This document shows, in pieces, positions 55,442-64,000 of a stretch of 64,000 nucleotides of DNA. A program made the position numbers and the translations under genes. The stretch comes from Minisyncoccota bacterium (GTDB lineage Bacteria; Patescibacteriota; Minisyncoccia; Phycocordibacterales; Phycocordibacteraceae): contig DASPLI010000001.1 of the NCBI GenBank assembly GCA_035627655.1, positions 665,605 to 729,604 of the forward strand, in the 5' to 3' direction. The notes under the pieces were generated by a model. That model saw only the letters and a list, made by a program, of their open reading frames with translations. It was not told where the DNA came from and ran no database searches. Position 1 is the first letter of the stretch. Each line of letters begins with the position of its first letter.

Positions 55442-58324
55442 TTAGCTCTGGCAACTCTCGCACACGCCCGCTTCCTCCCCTGCGGCCACTCGCGCGAGCT
55501 TTGCCTTCCATTCTTCTGGATCAAATCCGGCGGGGACGGACGGTATCGCGCTTACCTCAGCAACCGGCGTTTCAACAGTCGGTGCAGTCTCAATCGTTGC
55601 CATAGCGGCCGACACGATCGTCGAAGCACCGCGAGTATGGGTTGCGCCGTACTCAGACGTCGACACCGTCGACTTCTCTACCTGTGAAGCACCGAGTGAG
55701 CGGAGGTAGTACGTGGTCTTGAGACCAAGGCGCCACGCATGGAAGTAGATATCTGAGAGTTCGCGCCCGGACGTTCCGTTGAAGAAGATGTTGAGGGACT
55801 GCGACTGATCGATCCACTTGGAACGGCGCGCAGCTGCCTCGATAAGCCACTTTGCGTCGATCTCGAACACCTCCTTGTACCGGCGGCGAACCTCAGCAGG
55901 AATCTCCTGAATGTCCTGGATGGAACCGTCGGCATACTTGATGCGGTTCAACATACCAAGACTCCAGAGACCGCGAGACTTGAGGTCCTCGATGAGGTAT
56001 TTGTTCACTACCACGAAGTCTCCCGCCTGATTGGACTTCACGTAGAGATTCTTGTAGATCGGCTCGGTCGTTGGAATGCAGCCGACGATATTTGCCGTGG
56101 TTGCCGTCGGTGCGACTGCCATCGTGTTGGAGTTACGCATACCGTACTGCTTCACATGCTCGCGCACCCGCGTCCAATCAAGCTTTCCACCACGCGGAAC
56201 CGCAATCTGCTCGCCGCGCTCCTTTTCAAGAAGATCGAGCGTGTCGACTGGGAAGATGCCGCGATCCCACTTAGAACCCTTGTAGGTCTGGTAGGTGCCG
56301 CGTTCCTTTGCAAGCTCAGACGACGAAAGGATCGCGTAGTAGGAAACAATCTCCATGCTCTCGTCGGAGAATTCGACTGCTTCCTGCGAATCGAAGTCGA
56401 TACCGAGAAGGTAGAGTGCGTCATGCAGACCGCGAAGGCCGAGACCCACCGGGCGATGGCGCATGTTGGAACGCTTCGCGTCATCCGTCGGGTAGTAGTT
56501 GATGTCGATGACGTTATCGAGCATGCGCATAGAGATGCGTACCACCTTCTCAACCAGATCGCGATCAAAGCGTGCCTTACCGTCTGCGCCGACCGTCACG
56601 AACTTCGCGAAGTTCAGAGAGCCGAGGTTACAGACTGCAGTCTCGTCAGCACTCGTGTTGAGCGTGATTTCAGTGCAGAGATTTGAGTTATGCACGACGC
56701 CCACGTGATCCTGGGGCGAGCGAATGTTTGATGGATCCTTCCAGGTAATCCACGGATGTCCGGTCTCAAAGAGCATGGAGATCATCTTCTTCCAGAGATC
56801 CTGTGCTGGAATGGTTTTGAAGAGTTTGATCTTTCCTTCGCGCGCCTTCTGCTCGTACTCCATGTACTTTGCGTCAAACGCCGAGCCGTAGATGTCGTGG
56901 AGTTCCGGCGTCTCGTCCGGCGAGAAGAGCGTCCACTCTCCCCCATCGCGCACCCGCTTCATAAAGAGGTCCGGAATCCAGCTTGCCGTATTCATGTCGT
57001 GGGTACGGCGGCGCTCGTCGCCCGTATTCTTACGCAGCTCAATAAAGTCTGGGAAATCGTAGTGCCAGCATTCAAGGTACACACAGGCAGCCCCGCGACG
57101 GCGTCCTGAACGGTTGATGGCAACCGTAACGTCGTTTGCGATCTTCAAGAACGGAATCACGCCCTGGCTGTTGACGCCGGTTCCCTTGATGAAGGCGCCC
57201 GTTGCGCGAAGCGGCGTCCAGTCCGTACCAATACCGCCCGACCACTTCGAAAGCTGCGCGTTGTCGGCGTAGTTCTTGAAGATGGCATGCAGGTCGTCCG
57301 GCACCGTGTTGAGGTAGCAGGAGGAGAGCTGCGGCTTAGGCGTACCCGCATGGAAGAGGGTTGGGGTCGATGGCGTGTAGTAGAAGTCACTCATCACCTC
57401 GTAGAATTCAATGATGCGTTCTGTACGTACTGCTTCATCCTCAAGAATTGCCGTACCCATCGCAATACGCATCCAGAACATCTGCGGCGTCTCGATTACC
57501 TTCTTCGTATTCTCGTCGCGAACGAAGTAGCGGTCATAGAGCGTCTGAAGACCGAGGTAGTCGAAGTTGTGATCGCGCGAGAGGTCGAGCTTCTTCGCGA
57601 GCGTATCGATATCGAATGCAAGCAGTCGCTCGTCGATGCGTTGAATAGACACGCCATGCTCAAGCGACTTGCGGAATGCTTCTGCATGCCGCTCCGTGAG
57701 ACTTCCCTCGCTTTCCGTACCGAGCACTTCAGCGTAAATGGTCTTAAGGAGGAGGCGTGCAGCAAGTTTTGAGTATGCGGGATCGCGTTCGATCATTGCG
57801 CGCACAACCATGATGAGCGCGTTGCCGATATCGGCAGTGCTGATGCCTTCGTAGAGCTCGTACTTGAGCTGCTCCATGATCGCGTCAACATCAACGCTGA
57901 TGCCTTCATCGACGAATTTCTGGAGCGTCTTTCGAATCGGTGCTTCTGAGTACGGTTCAAGCGCACCAGAAGAGGTGGTGATGTTGAGCTTTGACTCCTC
58001 GATCTTCTCGATAACCTCCTGCTGCTTCTCTTCGCGGATTTTGGTGTGTTCGTAGCGGTAAACGATGTAGTGTTTCGCAACTTCGTGGTAGCCGCTCTTC
58101 ATGAGAATGAGCTCTACCCGGTCCTGCACATGCTCCACGGACGGCACGGCCTCCGGGAAGTTGGTCTCAATATCGCGTATAACGACCGACGTCATGTCGG
58201 AAAGGTCGCTCTCTGTGATCGGAACGTTCATCGCAAGAAACGCCTTACGCATTGCGTTCGCGATCTTACCCGAATCAAAATCGACAATCGAACCGTTCCT
58301 CTTCTTTATCTGGCGCATAGACAT
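55442..58324 (-). CDS. nrdA: Ribonucleotide reductase class I alpha subunit with an N-terminal ATP-cone.
   Basis: The ATP-cone (RNGSIVDFDSGKI), the active-site NLCTEI and the C-terminal CESC redox pair are all present. Confidence 0.9.
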   Translation of the reverse strand: MSMRQIKKRNGSIVDFDSGKIANAMRKAFLAMNVPITESDLSDMTSVVIRDIETNFPEAVPSVEHVQDRVELILMKSGYHEVAKHYIVYRYEHTKIREEKQQEVIEKIEESKLNITTSSGALEPYSEAPIRKTLQKFVDEGISVDVDAIMEQLKYELYEGISTADIGNALIMVVRAMIERDPAYSKLAARLLLKTIYAEVLGTESEGSLTERHAEAFRKSLEHGVSIQRIDERLLAFDIDTLAKKLDLSRDHNFDYLGLQTLYDRYFVRDENTKKVIETPQMFWMRIAMGTAILEDEAVRTERIIEFYEVMSDFYYTPSTPTLFHAGTPKPQLSSCYLNTVPDDLHAIFKNYADNAQLSKWSGGIGTDWTPLRATGAFIKGTGVNSQGVIPFLKIANDVTVAINRSGRRRGAACVYLECWHYDFPDFIELRKNTGDERRRTHDMNTASWIPDLFMKRVRDGGEWTLFSPDETPELHDIYGSAFDAKYMEYEQKAREGKIKLFKTIPAQDLWKKMISMLFETGHPWITWKDPSNIRSPQDHVGVVHNSNLCTEITLNTSADETAVCNLGSLNFAKFVTVGADGKARFDRDLVEKVVRISMRMLDNVIDINYYPTDDAKRSNMRHRPVGLGLRGLHDALYLLGIDFDSQEAVEFSDESMEIVSYYAILSSSELAKERGTYQTYKGSKWDRGIFPVDTLDLLEKERGEQIAVPRGGKLDWTRVREHVKQYGMRNSNTMAVAPTATTANIVGCIPTTEPIYKNLYVKSNQAGDFVVVNKYLIEDLKSRGLWSLGMLNRIKYADGSIQDIQEIPAEVRRRYKEVFEIDAKWLIEAAARRSKWIDQSQSLNIFFNGTSGRELSDIYFHAWRLGLKTTYYLRSLGASQVEKSTVSTSEYGATHTRGASTIVSAAMATIETAPTVETPVAEVSAIPSVPAGFDPEEWKAKLARVAAGEEAGVCESCQS

Positions 58325-58547
58325 AAAAACATTACGTTGATAATTCGTCCGGTTGAGGGGTCATGAAAAGCCTCGTTCCAGACGGCACACCTGATGGATC
58401 TCCATGATAGCTCCGGGAGTTACATGAAGCACTGTGGACAGGGTGTCTCCCGACACGGATTTTTTCGAGCGCAAGACCTTCGCTAAAAAAGTAAGCATAT
58501 GCGGGCCCTAGTGGCGCCTTGGTGAAGGCTCGAACTGCGCCCGAGCG

Positions 58548-58577
58548 CTTCAAAAAAGCCGCCCGAGAGGCGGCTCT
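58548..58577 (-). terminator. Rho-independent terminator of the ABC permease gene.
   Basis: On the minus strand the sequence reads GCCGCCTC-tcgg-GCGGC followed by TTTTTT. Confidence 0.65.
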
Positions 58578-58579
58578 CT

Positions 58580-59350
58580 TTAGTTCTTGAAACCCTCGCC
58601 CCGCATGAACATCCACAGCGTCACGAGGAAGAAGACAACCGTCATTCCGCCAAGCACTGCAAAGCAAATCCAGAGGTTTACGTCACTAATACCCAAGAAG
58701 CCGTATCGGAACGCGTTCACCATATACAGAATAGGGTTGAACAATGAGAGGGATTGCCACGGCTCGGGCAAAAGATCGATCGAATAGAAGACGCCGCCCA
58801 AATACGTAAGCGGAGTGAGCACGAAGGTCGGAACAATGCTCATGCCATCAAAGCCCTTAGCATAGAAGCCGTTGATGAGGCCGCCAAGCGAGAATAAGAG
58901 CGCCGTGAGAACCGCCGCAGCGATGATCACGAAGATGTTTGCGATCGAGAGCGGCGTAAAGAAGAACGAGGTAATGATAATGAGGATGCTTACCAAGAGT
59001 GCGCGAATAACGCCGCCAGCAACAAAACCCGCAACGATCGTCCATGCTGGCATGGGAGACACGAGTAGTTCCTCGATGTTCTTGACGAACTTTGCGAAGA
59101 AGAATGTTGAGACCGTGTTCATGTACGCGGACGTGATGAGACTCATCATCACGAGTCCCGGCATGATGAACTGCATGTAGGAGTAGCCGTCAATCGGCGC
59201 AACCTGACTTCCGATGAACCCACCGAAGATCGCGAAGTACAGCGTCGTCGTCACGACCGGCGGCAAGAGCGTCTGTGACCAGATCCGGAAGATGCGGATC
59301 GTGTCCTGACGGATCATCGTATAGAAACCGATCAGTGCGGGATTTTTCAT
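58580..59350 (-). CDS. ABC-2 type transporter permease.
   Basis: Six transmembrane helices; coupled to the upstream ATPase gene by a 4-nt overlap. Confidence 0.75.
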   Translation of the reverse strand: MKNPALIGFYTMIRQDTIRIFRIWSQTLLPPVVTTTLYFAIFGGFIGSQVAPIDGYSYMQFIMPGLVMMSLITSAYMNTVSTFFFAKFVKNIEELLVSPMPAWTIVAGFVAGGVIRALLVSILIIITSFFFTPLSIANIFVIIAAAVLTALLFSLGGLINGFYAKGFDGMSIVPTFVLTPLTYLGGVFYSIDLLPEPWQSLSLFNPILYMVNAFRYGFLGISDVNLWICFAVLGGMTVVFFLVTLWMFMRGEGFKN

Positions 59351-60108
59351 ACTGCTGGCTTCTCCTCCTCGATAAGCTTGAGGAAGATATCTTCGAGCTT
59401 CTGGCCTTCATGGCGATCAATAAGCTCCTTGGTCGGTTCGTCGGTCACGACTGCCCCCTTATTGATGATCGCGACATGCCGGGAGAGCTGCTCGGCCTCC
59501 TCAAGGTAGTGGGTCGTGAGCACAATGGTCGTCCCTTCCCCATTGATGCGGCGCAAGTAGTCCCACATACCGCGGCGAAGCTCCACGTCGACGCCTGCCG
59601 TCGGCTCGTCCAAGAGCAAAATCTTTGGCTGATGCACCAGCGCACGAGCGATCATAAGGCGCCGCTTCATACCGCCAGAAAGGCTCTGGCTGCGCTCCTT
59701 GCGCTTATCGTAGAGGCCGAGATCTTTGAGGAGCTGCTCGACCTTTGGCTTCGCCTCGCTTCGCGGAATACCGTAGTAGCCGGCCTGGCCGAGGATAATG
59801 TCCTCAACCTTCTCAAAGAAGTTGAAGTTCATCTCCTGGGGCACGACGCCGATAAACGTTTTGGCAGTATCCGGGTCTTCGTCAATGGAAATGCCGTTGA
59901 TGCGCACCTCGCCACCCGACTTCTGCACGATACCGGTAAGAATGCCGATCAGGCTGGTCTTGCCAGCGCCATTGGGCCCCAGAAGCGCAAAGAATTCCCC
60001 CGCGGGTACCGTAAGCGAGACTCCTTTGAGAGCCTCTACTTCTTGTGCACCCTTGATGCGGGGCTTATACGTCTTCGTGACGTTCGTTACTTCAATTGCC
60101 GGAGGCAT
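59347..60108 (-). CDS. ABC transporter ATP-binding protein. The alternative start is 60129.
   Basis: Walker A GPNGAGKTS, the ABC signature LSGGMKRR and Walker B ILLLDEP are present. Confidence 0.85.
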   Translation of the reverse strand: MPPAIEVTNVTKTYKPRIKGAQEVEALKGVSLTVPAGEFFALLGPNGAGKTSLIGILTGIVQKSGGEVRINGISIDEDPDTAKTFIGVVPQEMNFNFFEKVEDIILGQAGYYGIPRSEAKPKVEQLLKDLGLYDKRKERSQSLSGGMKRRLMIARALVHQPKILLLDEPTAGVDVELRRGMWDYLRRINGEGTTIVLTTHYLEEAEQLSRHVAIINKGAVVTDEPTKELIDRHEGQKLEDIFLKLIEEEKPAV

Positions 60109-60155
60109 ACGAAAGCACCAGTATACCAAACTCTTCCACGCTATACTCTGTAGGT

Positions 60156-61805
60156 ATGAACGACGTTGTTTCCCTCCTACGAAGCCGACTCAAGGGTGAG
60201 GTGCGCAACGATCCAGAAACGCGAAAGCAGTTTTCGCGCGACATGAGTATCTTCGAGCGGACGCCGTCTGTCGTGGTGTTTCCTAAAGACACGCAGGATG
60301 TCGCGGAACTCGTCAAAGCGATTGCTGGCGCAAAGAAGGAAGGAGCTGACGTGTCGGTAACGGGCCGCTCTGCTGGCACCGATATGTCAGGCGGACCGCT
60401 TACCACCTCGGTGGTCGCGGTGTTTACCAAGTACATGAACAAGATGCTCGCAATTGGCGACGGGCGTGCTACCTGCGAACCAGGGACCTACGACCGAGAC
60501 TTTGAAAAAGCGGTCGGCGAGAAGGGCTACCTCCTTCCCTCGTACCCGGCCTCAAGAAACATTGCAGCGATCGGCGGACTCGTGAATAACAACTCCGGCG
60601 GCGAGCGCACGCTTGAGTACGGAAAGACCGATCGCTATGTCGAAGAGCTGGAAGTAGTGCTCTCAGACGGATCAGTCACTACGCTTCGCGCGCTTGGACC
60701 TGACGAGCTTGAAGCAAAGAAACAACTACCGACGTTCGAAGGAGAGATTTACCGCAAGATGAGCGACCTTATTCTCAAAAACCGAGAGGTCATTGAACAT
60801 GCTCGTCCGCTCGTATCCAAAAACTCCGCCGGCTACGCGCTCTGGGACGTGTTTGATACCGAACACGGCACCTTCGACCTTACGAAGCTCATTGTGGGCG
60901 CGCAGGGCACACTTGCACTCACCACCAAGATGACGTTCCGGCTGGTGCGTCCGAAGAAACACCGCTCTATGCTCGTCATCTTCCTCAAAGACACGAAAGA
61001 GTTGCCGGAAATCGTGCACCGCATTCTTCCCCACAACCCGGAATCCTTTGAGTCGTACGACGACCATACCTTCTCCCTTGCCATTCGCTTCTTGCCGCAA
61101 ATGCTGATGCAGCTCGGCCTCGTTCGCGCCATCCAGCTCGGCCTCTCCTTTGTTCCTGACGTTCTTGCTGCACTTTCTGGCGGCGTGCCGAAGCTGATTC
61201 TCATGGCTGAATTTGCAGCGGACACGCACGAAGAGGCGCTCAAGCGAGTGCGCGAAGCACAGCATGATCTCAAAGATCTCCACCTGCCCACAAAGATTGA
61301 GAAGGATGAGCGTGCGAGCGAGAAATACTGGATAGTGCGCCGAGAATCATTCGCACTCCTTCGCAAGAATGTGCACGGCCTTTACGCTGCGCCGTTTATT
61401 GACGACTTCGTCGTGCCGCCCGACCGCTATCCAGAGTTCATGCCGCGCCTCAACGAGCTCCTCTCAAAATACGACCTCCTCTACACGATCGCCGGGCATA
61501 TCGGCAACGGCAATTTCCACCTGATCCCACTCATGGATCTCTCGCGGCCGGAAGTTCGGAAGATCATCCTTGAACTTTCGCCGAAAGTGTACGACCTCGT
61601 GCTTGAATACGGCGGCTCTACCACCGGCGAACATAATGACGGCATTATCCGCACTCCCTATCTCCCGCAGATGTTTGGTCCCGATATGGTGCGTCTCTTC
61701 CAGGAGACGAAGCTCATCTTCGATCCGCTCAACATCTTCAATCCGGGCAAGAAGGTAGGCGGCACATTTGCAGATATAGAGCGAGACATGCTGAAGCACG
61801 TCTAA
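60156..61805 (+). CDS. FAD-linked oxidase with an FAD-binding PCMH domain (GlcD/D-lactate dehydrogenase-like).
   Basis: An N-terminal FAD_binding_4 region (RSAGTDMSGG) is followed by a C-terminal oxidase domain. Confidence 0.65.
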   Translation: MNDVVSLLRSRLKGEVRNDPETRKQFSRDMSIFERTPSVVVFPKDTQDVAELVKAIAGAKKEGADVSVTGRSAGTDMSGGPLTTSVVAVFTKYMNKMLAIGDGRATCEPGTYDRDFEKAVGEKGYLLPSYPASRNIAAIGGLVNNNSGGERTLEYGKTDRYVEELEVVLSDGSVTTLRALGPDELEAKKQLPTFEGEIYRKMSDLILKNREVIEHARPLVSKNSAGYALWDVFDTEHGTFDLTKLIVGAQGTLALTTKMTFRLVRPKKHRSMLVIFLKDTKELPEIVHRILPHNPESFESYDDHTFSLAIRFLPQMLMQLGLVRAIQLGLSFVPDVLAALSGGVPKLILMAEFAADTHEEALKRVREAQHDLKDLHLPTKIEKDERASEKYWIVRRESFALLRKNVHGLYAAPFIDDFVVPPDRYPEFMPRLNELLSKYDLLYTIAGHIGNGNFHLIPLMDLSRPEVRKIILELSPKVYDLVLEYGGSTTGEHNDGIIRTPYLPQMFGPDMVRLFQETKLIFDPLNIFNPGKKVGGTFADIERDMLKHV

Positions 61806-61929
61806 TCCACAGGATCACTAAAAACCCTTGTTATTTTCCCTTGTTTGTGGCATACTTTCCGTGACTCGCAGACTTCTCGAGCCCCCAAAAAGTTCGGCAT
61901 CGGCGAGAGTTAAAAAATCACGTTCACGC

Positions 61930-62271
61930 ATGGCTAACACTAAACTGTACGTCGGCGGTATCCCGTATACCTCGACGGAGGACACCCTCAAGGCTGCTTT
62001 TGAAGAAGCAGGCCAGGTTACGTCCGCAAGCATTATCATGGACCGCATGACCGGCCGCTCCCGCGGTTTCGGCTTCGTTGAAATGGCTGATGAAGCCGGC
62101 GCGCAAGCTGCAATCGATCGCTGGGACGGCAAGGAGTTCGAGGGCCGCATGCTCTCTGTCTCCTTCGCTCGCCCGCAGGGTGAGCGCCCTCCTCGCCGTG
62201 ATGGCGGAGGCTTCGGCGGCGGCCGCGGCGGCTACGGCAACGACCGTGGCGGTTACGGCGGCGGTTACTAA
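61930..62271 (+). CDS. RRM-type RNA-binding protein with a Gly-rich (RGG/YGG) tail.
   Basis: RNP2 (LYVGGI) and RNP1 (RGFGFVEM) are present, and the C-terminus reads GGGFGGGRGGYGNDRGGYGGGY. Confidence 0.85.
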   Translation: MANTKLYVGGIPYTSTEDTLKAAFEEAGQVTSASIIMDRMTGRSRGFGFVEMADEAGAQAAIDRWDGKEFEGRMLSVSFARPQGERPPRRDGGGFGGGRGGYGNDRGGYGGGY

Positions 62272-62285
62272 AACCGGCCCCTCAA

Positions 62286-62314
62286 GAAAAAACCCGCTCA
62301 CGCGGGTTTTTTCT
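62286..62314. terminator. Bidirectional rho-independent terminator.
   Basis: aaaaaaCCCGC-tcac-GCGGGtttttt. The stop codon of the minus-strand gene lies in the loop. Confidence 0.7.
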
Positions 62315-62735
62315 TTACCCACATTCCCTGCTCACTGTACTGCTTGAAACGGTCCAGGATTGCCTGCCAACCTGCGCGCTGGAAGTCGAGCGAGTTCTCG
62401 CTTTCTGGGTCAAAAGTTTCGACAATATGGACGGCGTCTTCTGTTTGCGTAAACACGACGATAACTTTTCTGCCGTCCTCCATGGCATAGGCGATACGCT
62501 CCTGTGGAATCACCTCATCGTAGGTTCCCTTGAAATCAAATCCCTCGCTGCCGTCTTTCGCCTCCATGCGATAGGAAAAAGTGCCGCCGGTCTTGAGGTC
62601 ATTCATCGACTGCGTCGTATGCCAGTCATCGGACGCAGCATTCCACGCCTTCACCGATTCAGCGTCCGTAAAGTCGTGCCACACTTTTTCAATCGGAGCG
62701 TGCACAGTCGTTTCTACCGTAATGGTTTCGTTCAT
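62298..62735 (-). CDS. SRPBCC/AHSA1-domain protein (activator-of-Hsp90-ATPase-like).
   Basis: A 145-aa protein; TVHAPIEKVWHDFTDAESVKAW... resembles the AHSA1 family. Confidence 0.6.
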   Translation of the reverse strand: MNETITVETTVHAPIEKVWHDFTDAESVKAWNAASDDWHTTQSMNDLKTGGTFSYRMEAKDGSEGFDFKGTYDEVIPQERIAYAMEDGRKVIVVFTQTEDAVHIVETFDPESENSLDFQRAGWQAILDRFKQYSEQGMWVKKKPA

Positions 62736-62748
62736 AGGTACCTATTTA

Positions 62749-63210
62749 CTAACCACACTTGGTTACTGAAGGCTCGCTTGGTCCGAGCACCTCCCGCTTC
62801 TTCCCTTCCGCATGCCAACCAACCAGATTTGAAACAACCTGGAAGAAAGAAGCCACACCCGCAAGCGCAAGCACGAGAATGATCGGCCAGGCGACGGGTG
62901 TTGCAAAGTAGGCAAAGACTACAAAGAACGAGAACCACAGACCGGTGCACCACGGGCAGTTGATGAGCTGGGAGAACGTGCCGGTGAAGCTGTCGCGCGG
63001 GGCGGTTGCAACCGCATCACGAATGAACTTCGTAATGACGTCATAGCTCACCAGCCGCACCAAGCGGAACGTGGCGAGCGCCATGAGCGTCAAGTCAAGC
63101 AGTGAGACGGTCGGCATGAAGCGGCCGCCGTCGGTAAGCAGCATCGCCCCCTTAATAACCAATGCAGCAAAAAAGATACCGAAAACACTGTTCCAAAATG
63201 CGCTTTTCAT
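62749..63210 (-). CDS. DUF1360-family membrane protein.
   Basis: The CPWCTGLW motif and multiple transmembrane helices are present. Confidence 0.5.
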   Translation of the reverse strand: MKSAFWNSVFGIFFAALVIKGAMLLTDGGRFMPTVSLLDLTLMALATFRLVRLVSYDVITKFIRDAVATAPRDSFTGTFSQLINCPWCTGLWFSFFVVFAYFATPVAWPIILVLALAGVASFFQVVSNLVGWHAEGKKREVLGPSEPSVTKCG

Positions 63211-63234
63211 GAGAAGTAGTATACCCTACGAGAT

Positions 63235-63942
63235 ATGGAGATAGACAAAGACGATCGCGAGGCATTATTTCGCGAGAAGCCGGACGCAACAGAAGCAGAT
63301 CTCGAACGCCTGCGACAAGGAGAACCGCTTGCCTATGTGATCGGCAATCAGCCGTTTCTTGGACTCACAATCAATCTCGCCTCTCGCCCACTCATTCCCC
63401 GCCCCGAAACCGAATGGTGGACTGAACTTCTGATTGAGCGCATCGGAACGGCTCCAGTCCGAGTACTCGACCTGTGCGCAGGGTCTGGTGCCATTGGGCT
63501 TGCCGTTCTCAAGCACTGCCCGAACGCACACGTTTCCTTTGGCGAAATAAGCGCAGTGCACACGAAACAGATAGAGGAAAATATCACGCTCAACCGCCTT
63601 GATGCGGCACGTGCAGATATTCGCAGCGGAGACTTGTTCGAGCCCTTTGCGGGCGAACGTCTTGATTTCATTGCGGCGAATCCGCCCTACATTCCTGAAC
63701 GCCGCCCGCTTGATACGAACGTTACGGAATACGAGCCAGCAGAAGCACTCTTTGCTGGCGAAGACGGGCTCTCTGTCATACGCCGCATTGCCGCAGAAGC
63801 AGCCGCATACCTAAGACCTACGGGCGAGGTCTGGATAGAATGCGACATCGATAATATCGAGGCGGCAGCTTCGCTCTTCCCGCACCCTACGATACACACC
63901 GATCCCTATGGGCGCCCCCGTCTCCTAGTGGCATACTACTGA
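63235..63942 (+). CDS. prmC: Release factor glutamine N5-methyltransferase PrmC/HemK.
   Basis: The NPPYIPE catalytic motif and the SAM-binding motif VLDLCAGSGAIG are present. Confidence 0.85.
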   Translation: MEIDKDDREALFREKPDATEADLERLRQGEPLAYVIGNQPFLGLTINLASRPLIPRPETEWWTELLIERIGTAPVRVLDLCAGSGAIGLAVLKHCPNAHVSFGEISAVHTKQIEENITLNRLDAARADIRSGDLFEPFAGERLDFIAANPPYIPERRPLDTNVTEYEPAEALFAGEDGLSVIRRIAAEAAAYLRPTGEVWIECDIDNIEAAASLFPHPTIHTDPYGRPRLLVAYY

Positions 63943-64000
63943 TATGCAGCCGGTACCGAATCTGATGCCGAACCTTCCCGGGGCAAGCATTGAGACGATT

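Noticed and set aside
55442-58324. A possible intein or intron in the long (960-aa) nrdA gene.
   Set aside because: The extra length is explained by the N-terminal ATP-cone and the C-terminal tail. The active-site region NLCTEI is uninterrupted and there are no intein splice-junction motifs.
58500-58547. A GTTCGAGCC...ACCA-like stretch in the nrdA leader, considered as a tRNA or tmRNA 3' fragment.
   Set aside because: I could not build a T-arm, because the flanking arms are not complementary. It is probably a chance match within a hairpin.
1-64000. CRISPR arrays, rRNA genes and transposase or integrase genes.
   Set aside because: I scanned for spaced direct repeats and found only short 2-copy repeats. 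There is no rRNA-like sequence and no recombinase motif.

Overview
This is a high-GC (roughly 58-60%) bacterial chromosomal segment dominated by housekeeping genes, most of them on the minus strand. Genes I recognise from motifs (recR 3' part first):
- Replication, recombination and division: recR (3' part), rmuC, a truncated cell-division block mraZ-rsmH-ftsL-ftsI-murF, a complete mreB-mreC-mreD-mrdA rod-shape operon plus a second mreB-like gene, and holB.
- Translation and protein processing: rplU, lysS, proS, frr, def-fmt, hpf, prmC, greA and rseP.
- Nucleotide and cell-envelope metabolism: class I ribonucleotide reductase nrdA/nrdB, apt, uppP, and a YjjX-type purine NTPase.
- Transport, signalling and cell wall: a P-type ATPase, an ABC exporter pair, two paralogous MASE1-type hybrid histidine kinases, and several wall hydrolases (GH18, VanY/M15, 3D domain, PEGA).
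- Other: two putative outer-membrane beta-barrel paralogs, a bacterial SET-domain protein and an RRM/RGG RNA-binding protein.
- RNA genes: two tRNAs, tRNA-Glu(CUC) on the minus strand and tRNA-Asn(GUU) on the plus strand.

The most notable feature is a roughly 3.8-kb island of lower GC (about 48%) placed directly 3' of tRNA-Asn. It carries an overlapping AAA+ ATPase gene and a subtilisin-like (S8) serine-protease gene, the architecture of the IetA/IetS anti-phage pair. No integrase is present, the island is flanked by palindromes, and a short repeat of the tRNA 3' end lies at its far edge. A second low-GC patch sits next to tRNA-Glu and holds a DKNYY-repeat secreted protein and a lycopene-cyclase-domain membrane protein. 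I found no rRNA, no CRISPR array and no transposase or integrase. Many long ORFs in the provided track are antisense artefacts of the high GC and are not reported as genes. Everything here comes from reading motifs by eye; I could not run any homology search.
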